Source of the DNA: a virus
Taxonomy: Duplodnaviria; Caudoviricetes
Reading direction: 5' to 3' (one strand)
IMG/VR virus record: IMGVR_UViG_3300031857_000014
Length of the DNA stretch: 64,000 nt
This document shows positions 1 to 9,298 of this stretch, in pieces (position 1 is the stretch's first letter; the number at the start of each line of letters is the position of its first letter). The position numbers were made by a program, and so were the translations under genes. The notes under the pieces are model-generated. The model was given only the letters and a program-made list of their open reading frames with translations, searched no databases and was not told the origin of the DNA.

Positions 1-236
1 TCTCAACTTGTTTGTCCGATAATTTGTAAGTCCCTCTTATTCTTCCTTTGAAAGAAAGTTCGTAGTCAGTTAGTTTAAAATAAGTGTCATAAACTTTATT
101 ATACTTTTTGACAACATACCCACCTAAATCAGAGAATTGACAATAATCTTTTCTAATCACATGTCCTTTTAGAGTAACTCCTTGTGAAAAAGAATTTGAT
201 GTTATTGATATAAAAAGAAAAAGTAATTTAATCATT

Positions 237-563
237 TTATTCGTCATCATCATTGTCTTCTTCTTCATTAACTTCTGTGTTATTATCGCTAGAAGAAACT
301 TCAGCCCATACCTCGGAATCAACATGTGGAATTTTTTCTCTAATAATGTCTTGATCACTAAGTTCTTCACCAAGAGAATCATAAACATCCGGATTAGTTG
401 GATTCATTTCCCAAGCATTTTCTTTAATGTATTCAATAACCTCATCATCTGTTTTCCCTTCTAATTCAGGATAATTTGATGCGTCGATTTCAACTGAATC
501 GTAAATCAATGTAGTGTTTGGGTATTCAATGTAACCCACATTAAAAATTCTTTTTTCTGACAT
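237..563 (-). CDS. hypothetical acidic protein
   Basis: 108 aa ORF, D/E-rich C-terminus, no recognised motif. Confidence 0.6.
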   Translation of the reverse strand: MSEKRIFNVGYIEYPNTTLIYDSVEIDASNYPELEGKTDDEVIEYIKENAWEMNPTNPDVYDSLGEELSDQDIIREKIPHVDSEVWAEVSSSDNNTEVNEEEDNDDDE

Positions 564-568
564 ATTTT

Positions 569-1081
569 TTAGTTTTTAAAATTTAAATAATAATATAAAT
601 CTTCATAACCATAGTGTTCCAAGTAGTTATGAATTTGGTTTATTAATCTTAACTCTTTTTTTCCTGATTTACCTCTTAAAATATCAAACCAGTATTTCAT
701 ATACTTTTCCAAATTCACATCATCTACAAGTCCCATATCACTTAATATCAATAACTCAGTTAAATCATCAAAGTAGTTATCGAACAATGTTCTTAAATCA
801 GATTCTAACGTGGTAAATTTATGTTTTACATTGTGAGGATATAATGCTTCGTATAATGTTTCATCATCTACTTTTACATCGTTACCGTTTATGTTAACTG
901 TCACATTATTCCAATCTAATAATTTGTGAGTAATCTTTACATGTTCTTTACTCTTAAATAAATCTAATCTGTCAACTAGGTATTTATTTTTTTCCCATTG
1001 AAGTTGTTTAGTATACTCGTATACCCATTTTATGCCGGTAATGATGGCAATTAAAATTGATATTTTTAATTCGATATTCAT
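569..1081 (-). CDS. hypothetical protein with N-terminal hydrophobic segment
   Basis: 170 aa ORF; N-terminal LKISILIAIITGIKWVY. Confidence 0.6.
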   Translation of the reverse strand: MNIELKISILIAIITGIKWVYEYTKQLQWEKNKYLVDRLDLFKSKEHVKITHKLLDWNNVTVNINGNDVKVDDETLYEALYPHNVKHKFTTLESDLRTLFDNYFDDLTELLILSDMGLVDDVNLEKYMKYWFDILRGKSGKKELRLINQIHNYLEHYGYEDLYYYLNFKN

Positions 1082-1084
1082 TTG

Positions 1085-1378
1085 TTATTCTGTTTCGTGA
1101 TTATAAATCTCGTTGTACCTATCTTCTATTTCAGGATTTTCTTCTAACAATATATCAATTGCGATTCCCATTCTCATGTGTTGTAGTTGCATAACATAAA
1201 TGGAATCCTGTAATAAAAATATTATCTCCTCTTTTTGTTTTAATTGTTTATGACATCTATCAATATTGTCTTTACCATTAAAATAAAAAAGACTCATTGA
1301 AATTGAGAATAATGTTAAAGTAACAATTAAAAATTCTCTTTTGAATTCAATAAGGTAGTTGTAAAATTTTTTAAACAT
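1085..1378 (-). CDS. membrane-anchored coiled-coil protein (i-spanin-like candidate)
   Basis: Probable start at MFKKFY (1378), because the upstream small ORF ends at 1389; one TM helix followed by a heptad-like segment; lies downstream of the endolysin. Confidence 0.5.
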   Translation of the reverse strand: MFKKFYNYLIEFKREFLIVTLTLFSISMSLFYFNGKDNIDRCHKQLKQKEEIIFLLQDSIYVMQLQHMRMGIAIDILLEENPEIEDRYNEIYNHETE

Positions 1379-1388
1379 GTTAATTTTT

Positions 1389-1550
1389 TTAAAGTTCTTC
1401 AACAATACCTAAAATTTCTGCAACACCTAATAATATTGCAGCACCGACAAAATCATGATATGCCAGTACAAAACAACCGACTATACGTAAAAATGATTTA
1501 ATCATACTAAACCAAAAATGTTTAGATGTTTTTGATTCTTTCTTTTCCAT
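1389..1550 (-). CDS. small 53 aa membrane protein (holin candidate), not in the ORF track
   Basis: Hand translation MEKKESKTSKHFWFSMIKSFLRIVGCFVLAYHDFVGAAILLGVAEILGIVEEL*; fills the gap between endolysin and the next gene. Confidence 0.55.
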   Translation of the reverse strand: MEKKESKTSKHFWFSMIKSFLRIVGCFVLAYHDFVGAAILLGVAEILGIVEEL

Positions 1551-1556
1551 GTGTTA

Positions 1557-1973
1557 TTAAATTGATGATAATTGAAAATGCATTCCGTCCTTCCTTTTCC
1601 ATGTTCCACCCCATTCAAAACCAGCATCGGTAAAACATTTCACAAACCCAGCACTTAATACCGGTTCTTTATTAAGACCATTCCACGCAGCGTTCACGTC
1701 AATTGCAATTCCCCATGAGTGTAACGACATACTTGATAAACCTCTCTTCTTTCGAATGTTAAAACATCCGTCCCAAGTTTTTAGTTCTTTAACTTTACCG
1801 GTATCAATTAGATTTTTGAATGCGGTACTCAATGGTTTAACCATATCTTTATTACAATAGATTTTCTTCGGAATCATACCGATTTCCAATTCTGTAGGTA
1901 CATCCCAAACAACCATACTTTTTTCCAATTCAGGATTACCATACTTTTTTAAACATTGTGCTGAAGTTACCAT
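1557..1973 (-). CDS. endolysin, peptidase M15 family (L-Ala-D-Glu/D-Ala-D-Ala peptidase-like)
   Basis: GCFNIR..R, SLHSWGIAIDVN (SxHxxGxAxD) and WGGTW..KDGMHFQL zinc-peptidase motifs. Confidence 0.85.
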   Translation of the reverse strand: MVTSAQCLKKYGNPELEKSMVVWDVPTELEIGMIPKKIYCNKDMVKPLSTAFKNLIDTGKVKELKTWDGCFNIRKKRGLSSMSLHSWGIAIDVNAAWNGLNKEPVLSAGFVKCFTDAGFEWGGTWKRKDGMHFQLSSI

Positions 1974-1980
1974 AATTAAA

Positions 1981-2106
1981 TTAATTTACAAATTCGTTTA
2001 TTCTATAGATTATGTAGGTCAACGCCATCAATCCAACAGATACTTTTAATAAAAACCACATCACTTGAAGTGAAATACTTAATTTTTTTCCTAATTTAAA
2101 TTGCAT
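1981..2106 (-). CDS. possible 41 aa single-TM peptide upstream of endolysin
   Basis: Hand translation MQFKLGKKLSISLQVMWFLLKVSVGLMALTYIIYRINEFVN*; its ATG directly follows a terminator-like hairpin, so it is uncertain. Confidence 0.3.
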   Translation of the reverse strand: MQFKLGKKLSISLQVMWFLLKVSVGLMALTYIIYRINEFVN

Positions 2107-2143
2107 AAAAAAAGTGTTATGTATAAATTATAACACTTTTTTT
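2107..2143 (-). terminator. inverted repeat, likely intrinsic terminator
   Basis: AAAAAAAGTGTTAT-N9-ATAACACTTTTTTT just downstream of the 2168-3409 gene; T-tract on both strands. Confidence 0.55.
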
Positions 2144-2167
2144 TTGTAAAAAAAACTATTTCATTTT

Positions 2168-3409
2168 TTATTTTGTTGCAATCATATTTTGATTTGATTT
2201 TAAATTTTTAGTTATATTTTCAATTTCTTTCATTTGTTTATCACTTATTTCCCATAAATCAACTAAATATTGCCAAGGTTTATTATTAAATGCATTTATT
2301 TGTTGGGAATATTTCTGAATAGAATCTTTTGGAATTCTGATAATTCCATCAATAACTAAAGCAAAAATTATTGCCAAACTTTCAGATGTGTACATTTCAC
2401 CTTTTTTATCACTTGACACCAATTTTATTTTTTCTTTTGATTTTTTATAATCTGATAAAAACTTTTCATCAGGGTTTTGTATTTCAGCATTAGACGCTTC
2501 ATTATATGATATTGGAACACCACATGAATCAGTTACCATAAGATTTAACCACTGACCAAATTTCATTCTTTTACCTATAGTAATAAATGTTGGGTTTAAT
2601 AAAATTTTACCTTTATTATTTTTTATAGTTATGTGTAACGGATCACTATGACAACCACCTTCAGTATCCGTGAAACATTGTAACGTAAAATTAATTTTAT
2701 CCTTTTGTGTTTTTAGTATTTGTGAAACATCATCACCACTTATTTTTAAATTAACAATTCTTGGACCTCCATCAGATTGATTATTTAAATTTATGACATC
2801 CCCACCACCACCATCAAGTTTTACTGGTACTCCGTTCGCGAACATTTTAAACAACGCTTCATCACATTGATGATATGGATATGTAACACCTTGCGAACCT
2901 TTGTAATCAACAATAATTTGTAAATCAACTAAACAAGGGTTATCTTTCGGACTACTACCCAATAACTTCAATCTGACATACTGATTATCAGTATAACCTT
3001 GAAAAAACGCACCTTTTGAAGGTTCCCACTCAGGTCCTTGGGCTCCTAATGACGTTACTTTTGTCTGAATATTGTTTAACCCTTTTGAATCTATATAACG
3101 TTTAATTTCTTCGGCTCTTTTAAGTGATAATTCACCAGGTTTTAATCCTCCACGATTAGGTACTTTTGATTCAGATGAAATTATCTCAATTACATAACTA
3201 CCAGTTGGAGACATTCTTTTTTGAAAATCTAAAATTGCGTTATCAATCTCGTTACTGTCTTTAATTTTATATTGTCCCGAAGAAAATGATTTATTTATAT
3301 TATACTCAATTTCGTCTCTTTCTTCTTTTGGTGAACCGTATGTCGCCTCGTTTATAAATTTATCAATTACTGTTTTAAACTGACTTTCAGTGATAATTAT
3401 CTTTCTCAT
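2168..3409 (-). CDS. putative virion-associated protein with degenerate OmpA-C-like domain
   Basis: Leader MRKIIITESQFKTVIDKFINE; then FSSGQYKI...IEIISSES...LSLKRAEEIKRYI..KG, which follows the OmpA-C pattern. Confidence 0.55.
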   Translation of the reverse strand: MRKIIITESQFKTVIDKFINEATYGSPKEERDEIEYNINKSFSSGQYKIKDSNEIDNAILDFQKRMSPTGSYVIEIISSESKVPNRGGLKPGELSLKRAEEIKRYIDSKGLNNIQTKVTSLGAQGPEWEPSKGAFFQGYTDNQYVRLKLLGSSPKDNPCLVDLQIIVDYKGSQGVTYPYHQCDEALFKMFANGVPVKLDGGGGDVINLNNQSDGGPRIVNLKISGDDVSQILKTQKDKINFTLQCFTDTEGGCHSDPLHITIKNNKGKILLNPTFITIGKRMKFGQWLNLMVTDSCGVPISYNEASNAEIQNPDEKFLSDYKKSKEKIKLVSSDKKGEMYTSESLAIIFALVIDGIIRIPKDSIQKYSQQINAFNNKPWQYLVDLWEISDKQMKEIENITKNLKSNQNMIATK

Positions 3410-3425
3410 TAACTATAAATATCGT

Positions 3426-3971
3426 CTAAGAAAGATATAATCTCTTGTTATTGTACTGTGCAACAGGATTGTTTTCGGCAATAAGTCCATATTCCTTTTT
3501 TACGTTTTCGTATATTAATTTACAATCATCATTTATATAATTTGAAATGATATTACAAAAACCATAATTAGATTCATCAACTACTGTCTGTTTTGTTCCG
3601 GGTAACCCACAATACATCGCTTCACCTACCTCCGATATAAACATACCCGAATAAAATCCTTTAAGTTGGTAACGGTTAACGAATTGATCTGCATTACACC
3701 AAATAAAGACACTATTATCTTTTTGTTCTAATAACGAGACAGTTTCTCTATCTATAATAAATCCATGTGTTTTTGAGAATTGTCCCACGGAAAATAAACC
3801 ACTCGGAGAACCGTGACCCATCATCATAACTCTATCGTGTGACTCAATAAGTTCATGTAATTCTTGTTTACTAATTCCACCAGTGATTACAGTTTTATCT
3901 GGTATTGGGTTATAAACAATATCCAAAAAACTTGTTGATTCATCCTTAGGATGTACAATTAATGTCTTCAT
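3426..3971 (-). CDS. hypothetical protein, possible clan CD (gingipain/caspase-like) cysteine peptidase
   Basis: VMMMGHGS and downstream FIWCNAD resemble the His-Gly...Cys dyad. Confidence 0.4.
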   Translation of the reverse strand: MKTLIVHPKDESTSFLDIVYNPIPDKTVITGGISKQELHELIESHDRVMMMGHGSPSGLFSVGQFSKTHGFIIDRETVSLLEQKDNSVFIWCNADQFVNRYQLKGFYSGMFISEVGEAMYCGLPGTKQTVVDESNYGFCNIISNYINDDCKLIYENVKKEYGLIAENNPVAQYNNKRLYLS

Positions 3972-3986
3972 AAAAATTTATTTTCA

Positions 3987-4016
3987 CAAAGTTAATAAAA
4001 AAATATTATAAACAAA
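3987..4016 (-). promoter_or_regulatory. Bacteroidetes-type promoter (-33 TTTG / -7 TAnnTTTG)
   Basis: Minus strand TTTG(4016-4013)-18 nt-TAACTTTG(3994-3987), 15 nt before the ATG at 3971. Confidence 0.5.
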
Positions 4017-4044
4017 AAAAATCCCCAAACATTTTGTTGGGGAT
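4014..4044 (-). terminator. intrinsic terminator
   Basis: ATCCCCAA...TTGGGGAT stem followed by a T7 tract on the minus strand, downstream of the 4069 gene. Confidence 0.7.
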
Positions 4045-4068
4045 ATAATAATATATTAATAACTTTAA

Positions 4069-4362
4069 TTAGTTACCACAAAGATTAGCGAAAAACAGAT
4101 TGATTACCAATGTAATAAAGAAAACCATCCATGTTTGATTGATGTCAGGTTTTATGTTGTCTTTATCGAAATTACCAATGTGTTTAGGTCTTGTTCTAAA
4201 ATTAGTAAACCCAAACATTAATCCTGTACCGATAAATGCGGAAAGAATTGCGATTGGTGCTAATATTACTCTGTGTTCACTATCGAAAAAACTTACAGAA
4301 ACAATTGGTGCGGGTGCCCCAACCATTAAAAATAATGCTATTATAGTTTTTATCGGATTCAT
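4069..4362 (-). CDS. membrane protein (3 TM)
   Basis: 97 aa with three hydrophobic segments. Confidence 0.6.
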   Translation of the reverse strand: MNPIKTIIALFLMVGAPAPIVSVSFFDSEHRVILAPIAILSAFIGTGLMFGFTNFRTRPKHIGNFDKDNIKPDINQTWMVFFITLVINLFFANLCGN

Positions 4363-4363
4363 A

Positions 4364-4594
4364 TTAATCTGTTTTTAAAACTATATCAGGATTTGGTTCA
4401 TCCGCATTTATAAAAACATAAAAATTACCTTCTTTGTCCTGACCTAAAGTTAATTCTTCATCATTAGCTCCAGGTAGTTCTTCCGGTTGAATTTTTGTAT
4501 CAAAGTCATCAAACTCTGTTGGTTGTTCTTCTTCGAGAATAGTTTTTACGATATTTTCAATATCTTGTTGTTTTAATTTAATTACTCTTGACAT
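4364..4594 (-). CDS. small acidic protein with shared leader
   Basis: MSRVIKLKQQDIENIVKTILEE leader. Confidence 0.6.
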   Translation of the reverse strand: MSRVIKLKQQDIENIVKTILEEEQPTEFDDFDTKIQPEELPGANDEELTLGQDKEGNFYVFINADEPNPDIVLKTD

Positions 4595-4596
4595 AA

Positions 4597-5895
4597 TTAC
4601 TTTTTAAATTTTTTCATTAATTTATTAAATAAAAAATTTGTTTTTGATTCATCCAAACCTTTTTTGACATCATATTGTCTGATGTTTGCAATTCTTAATG
4701 CTGAGTTTGGACTTATTGATTCAATCAAATTTTTAAAATCTTTAATTGCTTCTTTTAATCCTAATTGTACAGGTAATTGAGACATAATTGTTTTTTGTTC
4801 ATTTACCGGTTCTTCAGGATCAAGTTGTACAGTTTTAGTTACACCAACACTTCTATCGTCTAAAATACCACCTTCTTTCAATTGTACTGAGTAGTCAACA
4901 TCTTTTAGTCTTGTGTTAATTGAATATTCTTCAGGTGATTTTCTACCAAATTTATTTCTCATACTAATTTTCCATATAAAAGTGTCACCGCGTTTTTCAC
5001 CAGTAATTTCAAAAACCATTTTTAATGAAACATCAAGTTTAATTTGTGAAAGACCTAATGCATCAAGTTCATATTTCGGTGTTTTACCTAAATATCTTTC
5101 TTGATTTTTTTTATCTTCTTCCCAATTTCTATAAACTTTATTAAATTGTCTAGCAAGATAATATGTACTCATTTCAGGTGTTTCAACACCTTTAATTCTA
5201 GCCAATACTGACTTTAAAAAATCTTCTGCTGATTTATATGAATTATATGTATGTGCTCTAAATTCTATTCTATCATTTGTCCATGTTGGGGTGTATTTAT
5301 CCAAATACGGTCTGTCAACCGCTTTTATTTCAGGTATACTTCTTTTAGCTAATACTTGAGTAAATCTTTTACCTTCAGAAGTATCACCAAATTCCGCTTC
5401 TATAATTGGGTTGAATATTCTTTTAATTGTTTCTTGTTCACTTTGTTTTGCACCCGTTGGGACATACGCAACATTAAAACTTTTCTCCTCTCCACCCTCA
5501 ACATCAGGTACAGGTTGTGTCTTAATTGGTTCTGTTGGTCTTGGTTGATAGTTAGTTGCTTTTTTATTGGTCCATCTTAAATTTGCTCCGTATTTTTCTT
5601 TTAATGCTTGATATTCTTCAGGATTTTCTCTTATAAACTCAGCAATTTCGTTACCATTAGTAAACAAAACAGGTTCTTCATTAATCATCCAACCAATTAC
5701 TACTGCCCCCTCTATTGGTTTTTGTTTAACACTCACCTCATCTTTCCAACCAATGTATACTTTATTCTGATATTTTATTATTACTCTTTTACCAATTGGC
5801 TTACCCTTTCTAGTTTGTAACTGAGCCATTTCGTCAACTTCCATTGATTGACTTTCTCTGATTAATCTAAATAATTCTTTTTTATTCATTTCCAT
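4597..5895 (-). CDS. hypothetical protein, putative internal virion protein
   Basis: 432 aa; leader MNKKELFRLIRE|SQSMEVDE|MA; TATTTATA upstream (5930-5937). Confidence 0.6.
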   Translation of the reverse strand: MEMNKKELFRLIRESQSMEVDEMAQLQTRKGKPIGKRVIIKYQNKVYIGWKDEVSVKQKPIEGAVVIGWMINEEPVLFTNGNEIAEFIRENPEEYQALKEKYGANLRWTNKKATNYQPRPTEPIKTQPVPDVEGGEEKSFNVAYVPTGAKQSEQETIKRIFNPIIEAEFGDTSEGKRFTQVLAKRSIPEIKAVDRPYLDKYTPTWTNDRIEFRAHTYNSYKSAEDFLKSVLARIKGVETPEMSTYYLARQFNKVYRNWEEDKKNQERYLGKTPKYELDALGLSQIKLDVSLKMVFEITGEKRGDTFIWKISMRNKFGRKSPEEYSINTRLKDVDYSVQLKEGGILDDRSVGVTKTVQLDPEEPVNEQKTIMSQLPVQLGLKEAIKDFKNLIESISPNSALRIANIRQYDVKKGLDESKTNFLFNKLMKKFKK

Positions 5896-5966
5896 AATAT
5901 TATGTCTCTTTTTTTAAATGTTCATTGTATATAAATAGATAAAAGTTTGGAATAAATTATTTAAAA

Positions 5967-7454
5967 TTAAACCATTCCGGTATCTCCTGTACTAGTTGTT
6001 GATGGTAAAACAGTCTTAGCAACTCTATTTGCTTCTCCAGCGAGTTTATTTAAACTACTTTCATAACCTGTTGCTGACGCGTATCTATTTCCACTATGAT
6101 TTACAAAATTCTGTATCAAATCACTTGCGGTTTTACCTTTCCCTAAATAATTTCTTGCGATAAGATTATAATACGCGTTTATCCCTGATTGAACTTGACC
6201 ATGTTCAATGTTGGCTCCACTATCAGTGTTTCCAACATTAAAAGGATTTTTAGTTCTAATTGGTCTGCTATTTGGGTCTTTGTTACCTATTCCTCCCTCA
6301 GCGGCTAACTGAGCCAAAGCCAATTCAGCGGGAACAAATCTTTTGTATTTATCAAACGCTTCTCTCGCACCTTTAGCCATCATTTCACCAGTGATTCCCA
6401 ATAAATTAGGTTGACGATTATTTATAAATTTTTGACATATTTCTGCATATGTTTTAAACCCTTCGTCAGTTGTTAAATCTAAATCACTAAACGCCGCTCC
6501 ACCACCTGTGGTTATACTATCAATATACTTTTTTAAATCTTCTGAAGTAACTCCCTTTTGTTTTAATAATTCCAAAAGTTTAGTTAACATTTCAGGTGTC
6601 GCTTTAATATTTCGTACACTTACTGAACCACTTCCACCTGACGATTTTCCACCACCTTCAGGTTTACCTTTACGATATGAAACATGAAAATGTCCTCCGG
6701 TAGCCAATTTTGTTGGGTTTGTATATTCATCTATAAAACTGAAACCATTGTACTTACTTTTATATTGTTTTAATAATTCAATAAATGAACTATGACAGCT
6801 TGAAGGTAAGGTAAGGTCAACAGCAAGTCCTTTTGTGTGTAAACTAGTATAACTTGTTATGTTTTGGTGAAATTGATCATTACCTGAAGTGAATGTACCT
6901 ACACATTCAGGATACTTTTCATTAAATTCGGCAATAAGCTCATTAACTATTTTTGAAAGATCACTACTGATTTCACCTCCACCAGATAACTGTCCTGACT
7001 TCTCTTTCCAACCATATTGACCAATTGCAATTTGTCTTATTGCTTCTGCACTTTCATTTACATTGTCTTTGATATTGTTATCGGATTTGAATTTTTCAAC
7101 CGCTGACGCTGTCTCAGGTCCAAATAGTCCATCGACACCATGTTTAGGTAATTCATAACCCAGCATCATTAAACCAATTTGCATTGATTCAACCTCTTTT
7201 TGGTAAGTCATTGAACCTTGTCCTTGTTGAGATAATCCACCACCATCTGCTGCATTTTTGATGTTATCAAAGAATTGTTGTACATCGGTAGTAACTAAAT
7301 CCGCCTTCTTAGGGTCATCCACTTTTTTGATATCATCTTTACCTGATAACCCGACCTTATTTAAGATATTATCTATAAACGATTCGTTTAGAACCTTTTT
7401 ACCATAGGTTAACCCATGGATTCTTTCTAAGTCTTCTTTAAGAGTCTTTTTCAT
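5967..7454 (-). CDS. multidomain peptidoglycan hydrolase (PG-binding + M15-like peptidase + lysozyme/glucosaminidase-like)
   Basis: LGYELPKHGVDGLFGPETASAVEKF (PG_binding_1); SLHTKGLAVDL...GGHFHVS (M15-like); LAQLAAEGG...NPFNVG...YA (lysozyme-like fold). Confidence 0.7.
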   Translation of the reverse strand: MKKTLKEDLERIHGLTYGKKVLNESFIDNILNKVGLSGKDDIKKVDDPKKADLVTTDVQQFFDNIKNAADGGGLSQQGQGSMTYQKEVESMQIGLMMLGYELPKHGVDGLFGPETASAVEKFKSDNNIKDNVNESAEAIRQIAIGQYGWKEKSGQLSGGGEISSDLSKIVNELIAEFNEKYPECVGTFTSGNDQFHQNITSYTSLHTKGLAVDLTLPSSCHSSFIELLKQYKSKYNGFSFIDEYTNPTKLATGGHFHVSYRKGKPEGGGKSSGGSGSVSVRNIKATPEMLTKLLELLKQKGVTSEDLKKYIDSITTGGGAAFSDLDLTTDEGFKTYAEICQKFINNRQPNLLGITGEMMAKGAREAFDKYKRFVPAELALAQLAAEGGIGNKDPNSRPIRTKNPFNVGNTDSGANIEHGQVQSGINAYYNLIARNYLGKGKTASDLIQNFVNHSGNRYASATGYESSLNKLAGEANRVAKTVLPSTTSTGDTGMV

Positions 7455-7497
7455 ATTATTATAAATATCCTTAAATTTCTATTTAAATCCGAACATT

Positions 7498-7929
7498 TTA
7501 CATTTTTACCCTACCCCCACCAATTATGTTTTTTCTGTAATTGTTTTCGTCCAAAGAACTTATTTTAACTCTATCACCTCTTCTTGGGGCATGTAAAAAT
7601 TGGTCGTTTCCTAAATAAATTCCACAATGCCACCCACTAGGACTTAATTTACTTTTAAAAAAAATTATATCACCCTCTGTCATATTTTTTAAACGAACCT
7701 TGCCCATAAATCTGTATTGTTTTGGTGCAGTTCCAGGTATAATAACATGAAAAACGTCTTTATAAAATCTTTGGGTTAATTTAGAACAATCAATACCCTT
7801 GATAGTACTTCCCCCAAATTTATACGGGACACCAATCCATTTATTCATAAAAGAAGAAAACTTAGGATTATATTGTCCATAACTAACAGTGGAAAATAAT
7901 ATGCACAGCAAAAAGATGAATCTTTTCAT
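7498..7929 (-). CDS. NlpC/P60 (C40) endopeptidase with signal peptide
   Basis: GVPYKFGG...GIDCS, GDIIFF, HCGIYLG, FLHA; signal peptide ending VSYGQ. Confidence 0.88.
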   Translation of the reverse strand: MKRFIFLLCILFSTVSYGQYNPKFSSFMNKWIGVPYKFGGSTIKGIDCSKLTQRFYKDVFHVIIPGTAPKQYRFMGKVRLKNMTEGDIIFFKSKLSPSGWHCGIYLGNDQFLHAPRRGDRVKISSLDENNYRKNIIGGGRVKM

Positions 7930-7953
7930 AAAGTTTTTAATATAAATATCTTT

Positions 7954-8082
7954 TTACTTTATAAAAGTGTCCAAAAATTCACGGTATTCCTTCTTGTTGT
8001 TGATTGTGTTCTGTATAATACTAACCCATACCCAACAGAAAATGGATAAGAAAATAAACATAGAAATAAAAAACATAATCAT
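7954..8082 (-). CDS. 42 aa single-TM peptide, not in the ORF track
   Basis: Hand translation MIMFFISMFIFLSIFCWVWVSIIQNTINNKKEYREFLDTFIK*; ATGA overlap with the stop of the methyltransferase. Confidence 0.45.
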   Translation of the reverse strand: MIMFFISMFIFLSIFCWVWVSIIQNTINNKKEYREFLDTFIK

Positions 8083-8696
8083 AATAGACAACTTTTAAGT
8101 ACTTCTATACATAATTCGTCAGGTATCTTACTTCTTTCATATGCGTTTGACCTACCTTGTGTACCTGTCTTTGATCCCCTTGGTGCTGCAACGTGACACG
8201 GTGAGCCATTTTTACACATTTTCCGAGGAACCCATAATTCACTATTAGTCCAAATATCTGTTGGTTTCATCCTTTCATCACCATATTGACAGTAAGTGAC
8301 AGTGTTCCTTTTGTACTTACCCATAAACGGCATTTTACGGAGAACACCTCTTGGATTTTCTATAAACCAAAACTCCGGTTCAAAATGTTCAATAAGTTCT
8401 AATGTCTTCTTAACTAATTCAATACCCAATCTAGCGGTTTCAGTTTTAGGTATGTACGCACCTTTTCCTCCACCCCAATGGTGACCAATAGCGGCAACAC
8501 TAAAACCAGTACATGGTGGTGATGCCCATATTATATTAGGTTTAAATGGTACTTTAGTAACATCAAAATCTAAAATACTTACAGGATAATGTATTCCCTC
8601 AAATTGAATCAAATCTGAAGAGAATACCTCCATACCTAGTTTTTCTGCTGCTTTGCCAACAGACCGACTACCCGCGAATAATTCAAGAACTTTCAT
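8079..8696 (-). CDS. compact DNA cytosine-C5 methyltransferase
   Basis: LELFAGS (motif I), WASPPC (catalytic PC), FIENP (motif VI), YCQYG..RMKPTDIW. Confidence 0.8.
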   Translation of the reverse strand: MKVLELFAGSRSVGKAAEKLGMEVFSSDLIQFEGIHYPVSILDFDVTKVPFKPNIIWASPPCTGFSVAAIGHHWGGGKGAYIPKTETARLGIELVKKTLELIEHFEPEFWFIENPRGVLRKMPFMGKYKRNTVTYCQYGDERMKPTDIWTNSELWVPRKMCKNGSPCHVAAPRGSKTGTQGRSNAYERSKIPDELCIEVLKSCLL

Positions 8697-8953
8697 TAAA
8701 ATTTATCTGCGATTTTAACGATTGTTTCTTCGTCTTCTTTTGAAAGACGATTCCACATACCGTGTAGTTTACTTAATTTGTGTTCAAAAATTTGTTCCCC
8801 CGCACTCATCTTTTCGTTGGATTTCTCACGTGGTTTTTCAATGTGACCATCATGAATTAGTGCTTCAATCAATTCTTGAATTTCTCCGCTATTACATGAA
8901 CTTAAAAATTCGTTTACATCAATATTGATGTCTTCAGCATAAAATGTTGGCAT
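8696..8953 (-). CDS. hypothetical protein
   Basis: 85 aa ORF coupled to neighbours. Confidence 0.55.
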   Translation of the reverse strand: MPTFYAEDINIDVNEFLSSCNSGEIQELIEALIHDGHIEKPREKSNEKMSAGEQIFEHKLSKLHGMWNRLSKEDEETIVKIADKF

Positions 8954-8964
8954 AAATTATTGTT

Positions 8965-9258
8965 TTATTTAGTAAAATATTGTGATTTCCAAAATTGCCA
9001 CCATTTTCTTTTAATTAACGGTTTACACTCAGAAAATGGATTTTCACCAAAATTAACTTTATTCATGTATTTTGATGTTAATACATTTATAAAAATTTCG
9101 TGATACTTTTTAGGTATGTTTTCAAAATCAGCGGTGATTAATGTCCTCAAGACCACCGGTCCATCTTCACTATAAACAACAAATTCCTCGTTCATTTGAA
9201 CGATTGTACTTGACTTTACACTAAAATAATCGGAACCTATGTTTATATCATTACCCAT
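8965..9258 (-). CDS. hypothetical protein
   Basis: 97 aa ORF, C-terminal KRKWWQFWK. Confidence 0.55.
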   Translation of the reverse strand: MGNDINIGSDYFSVKSSTIVQMNEEFVVYSEDGPVVLRTLITADFENIPKKYHEIFINVLTSKYMNKVNFGENPFSECKPLIKRKWWQFWKSQYFTK

Positions 9259-9298
9259 TTATGTAAAAAATATAACAAAAAATATTCGGAAAAAAAAA

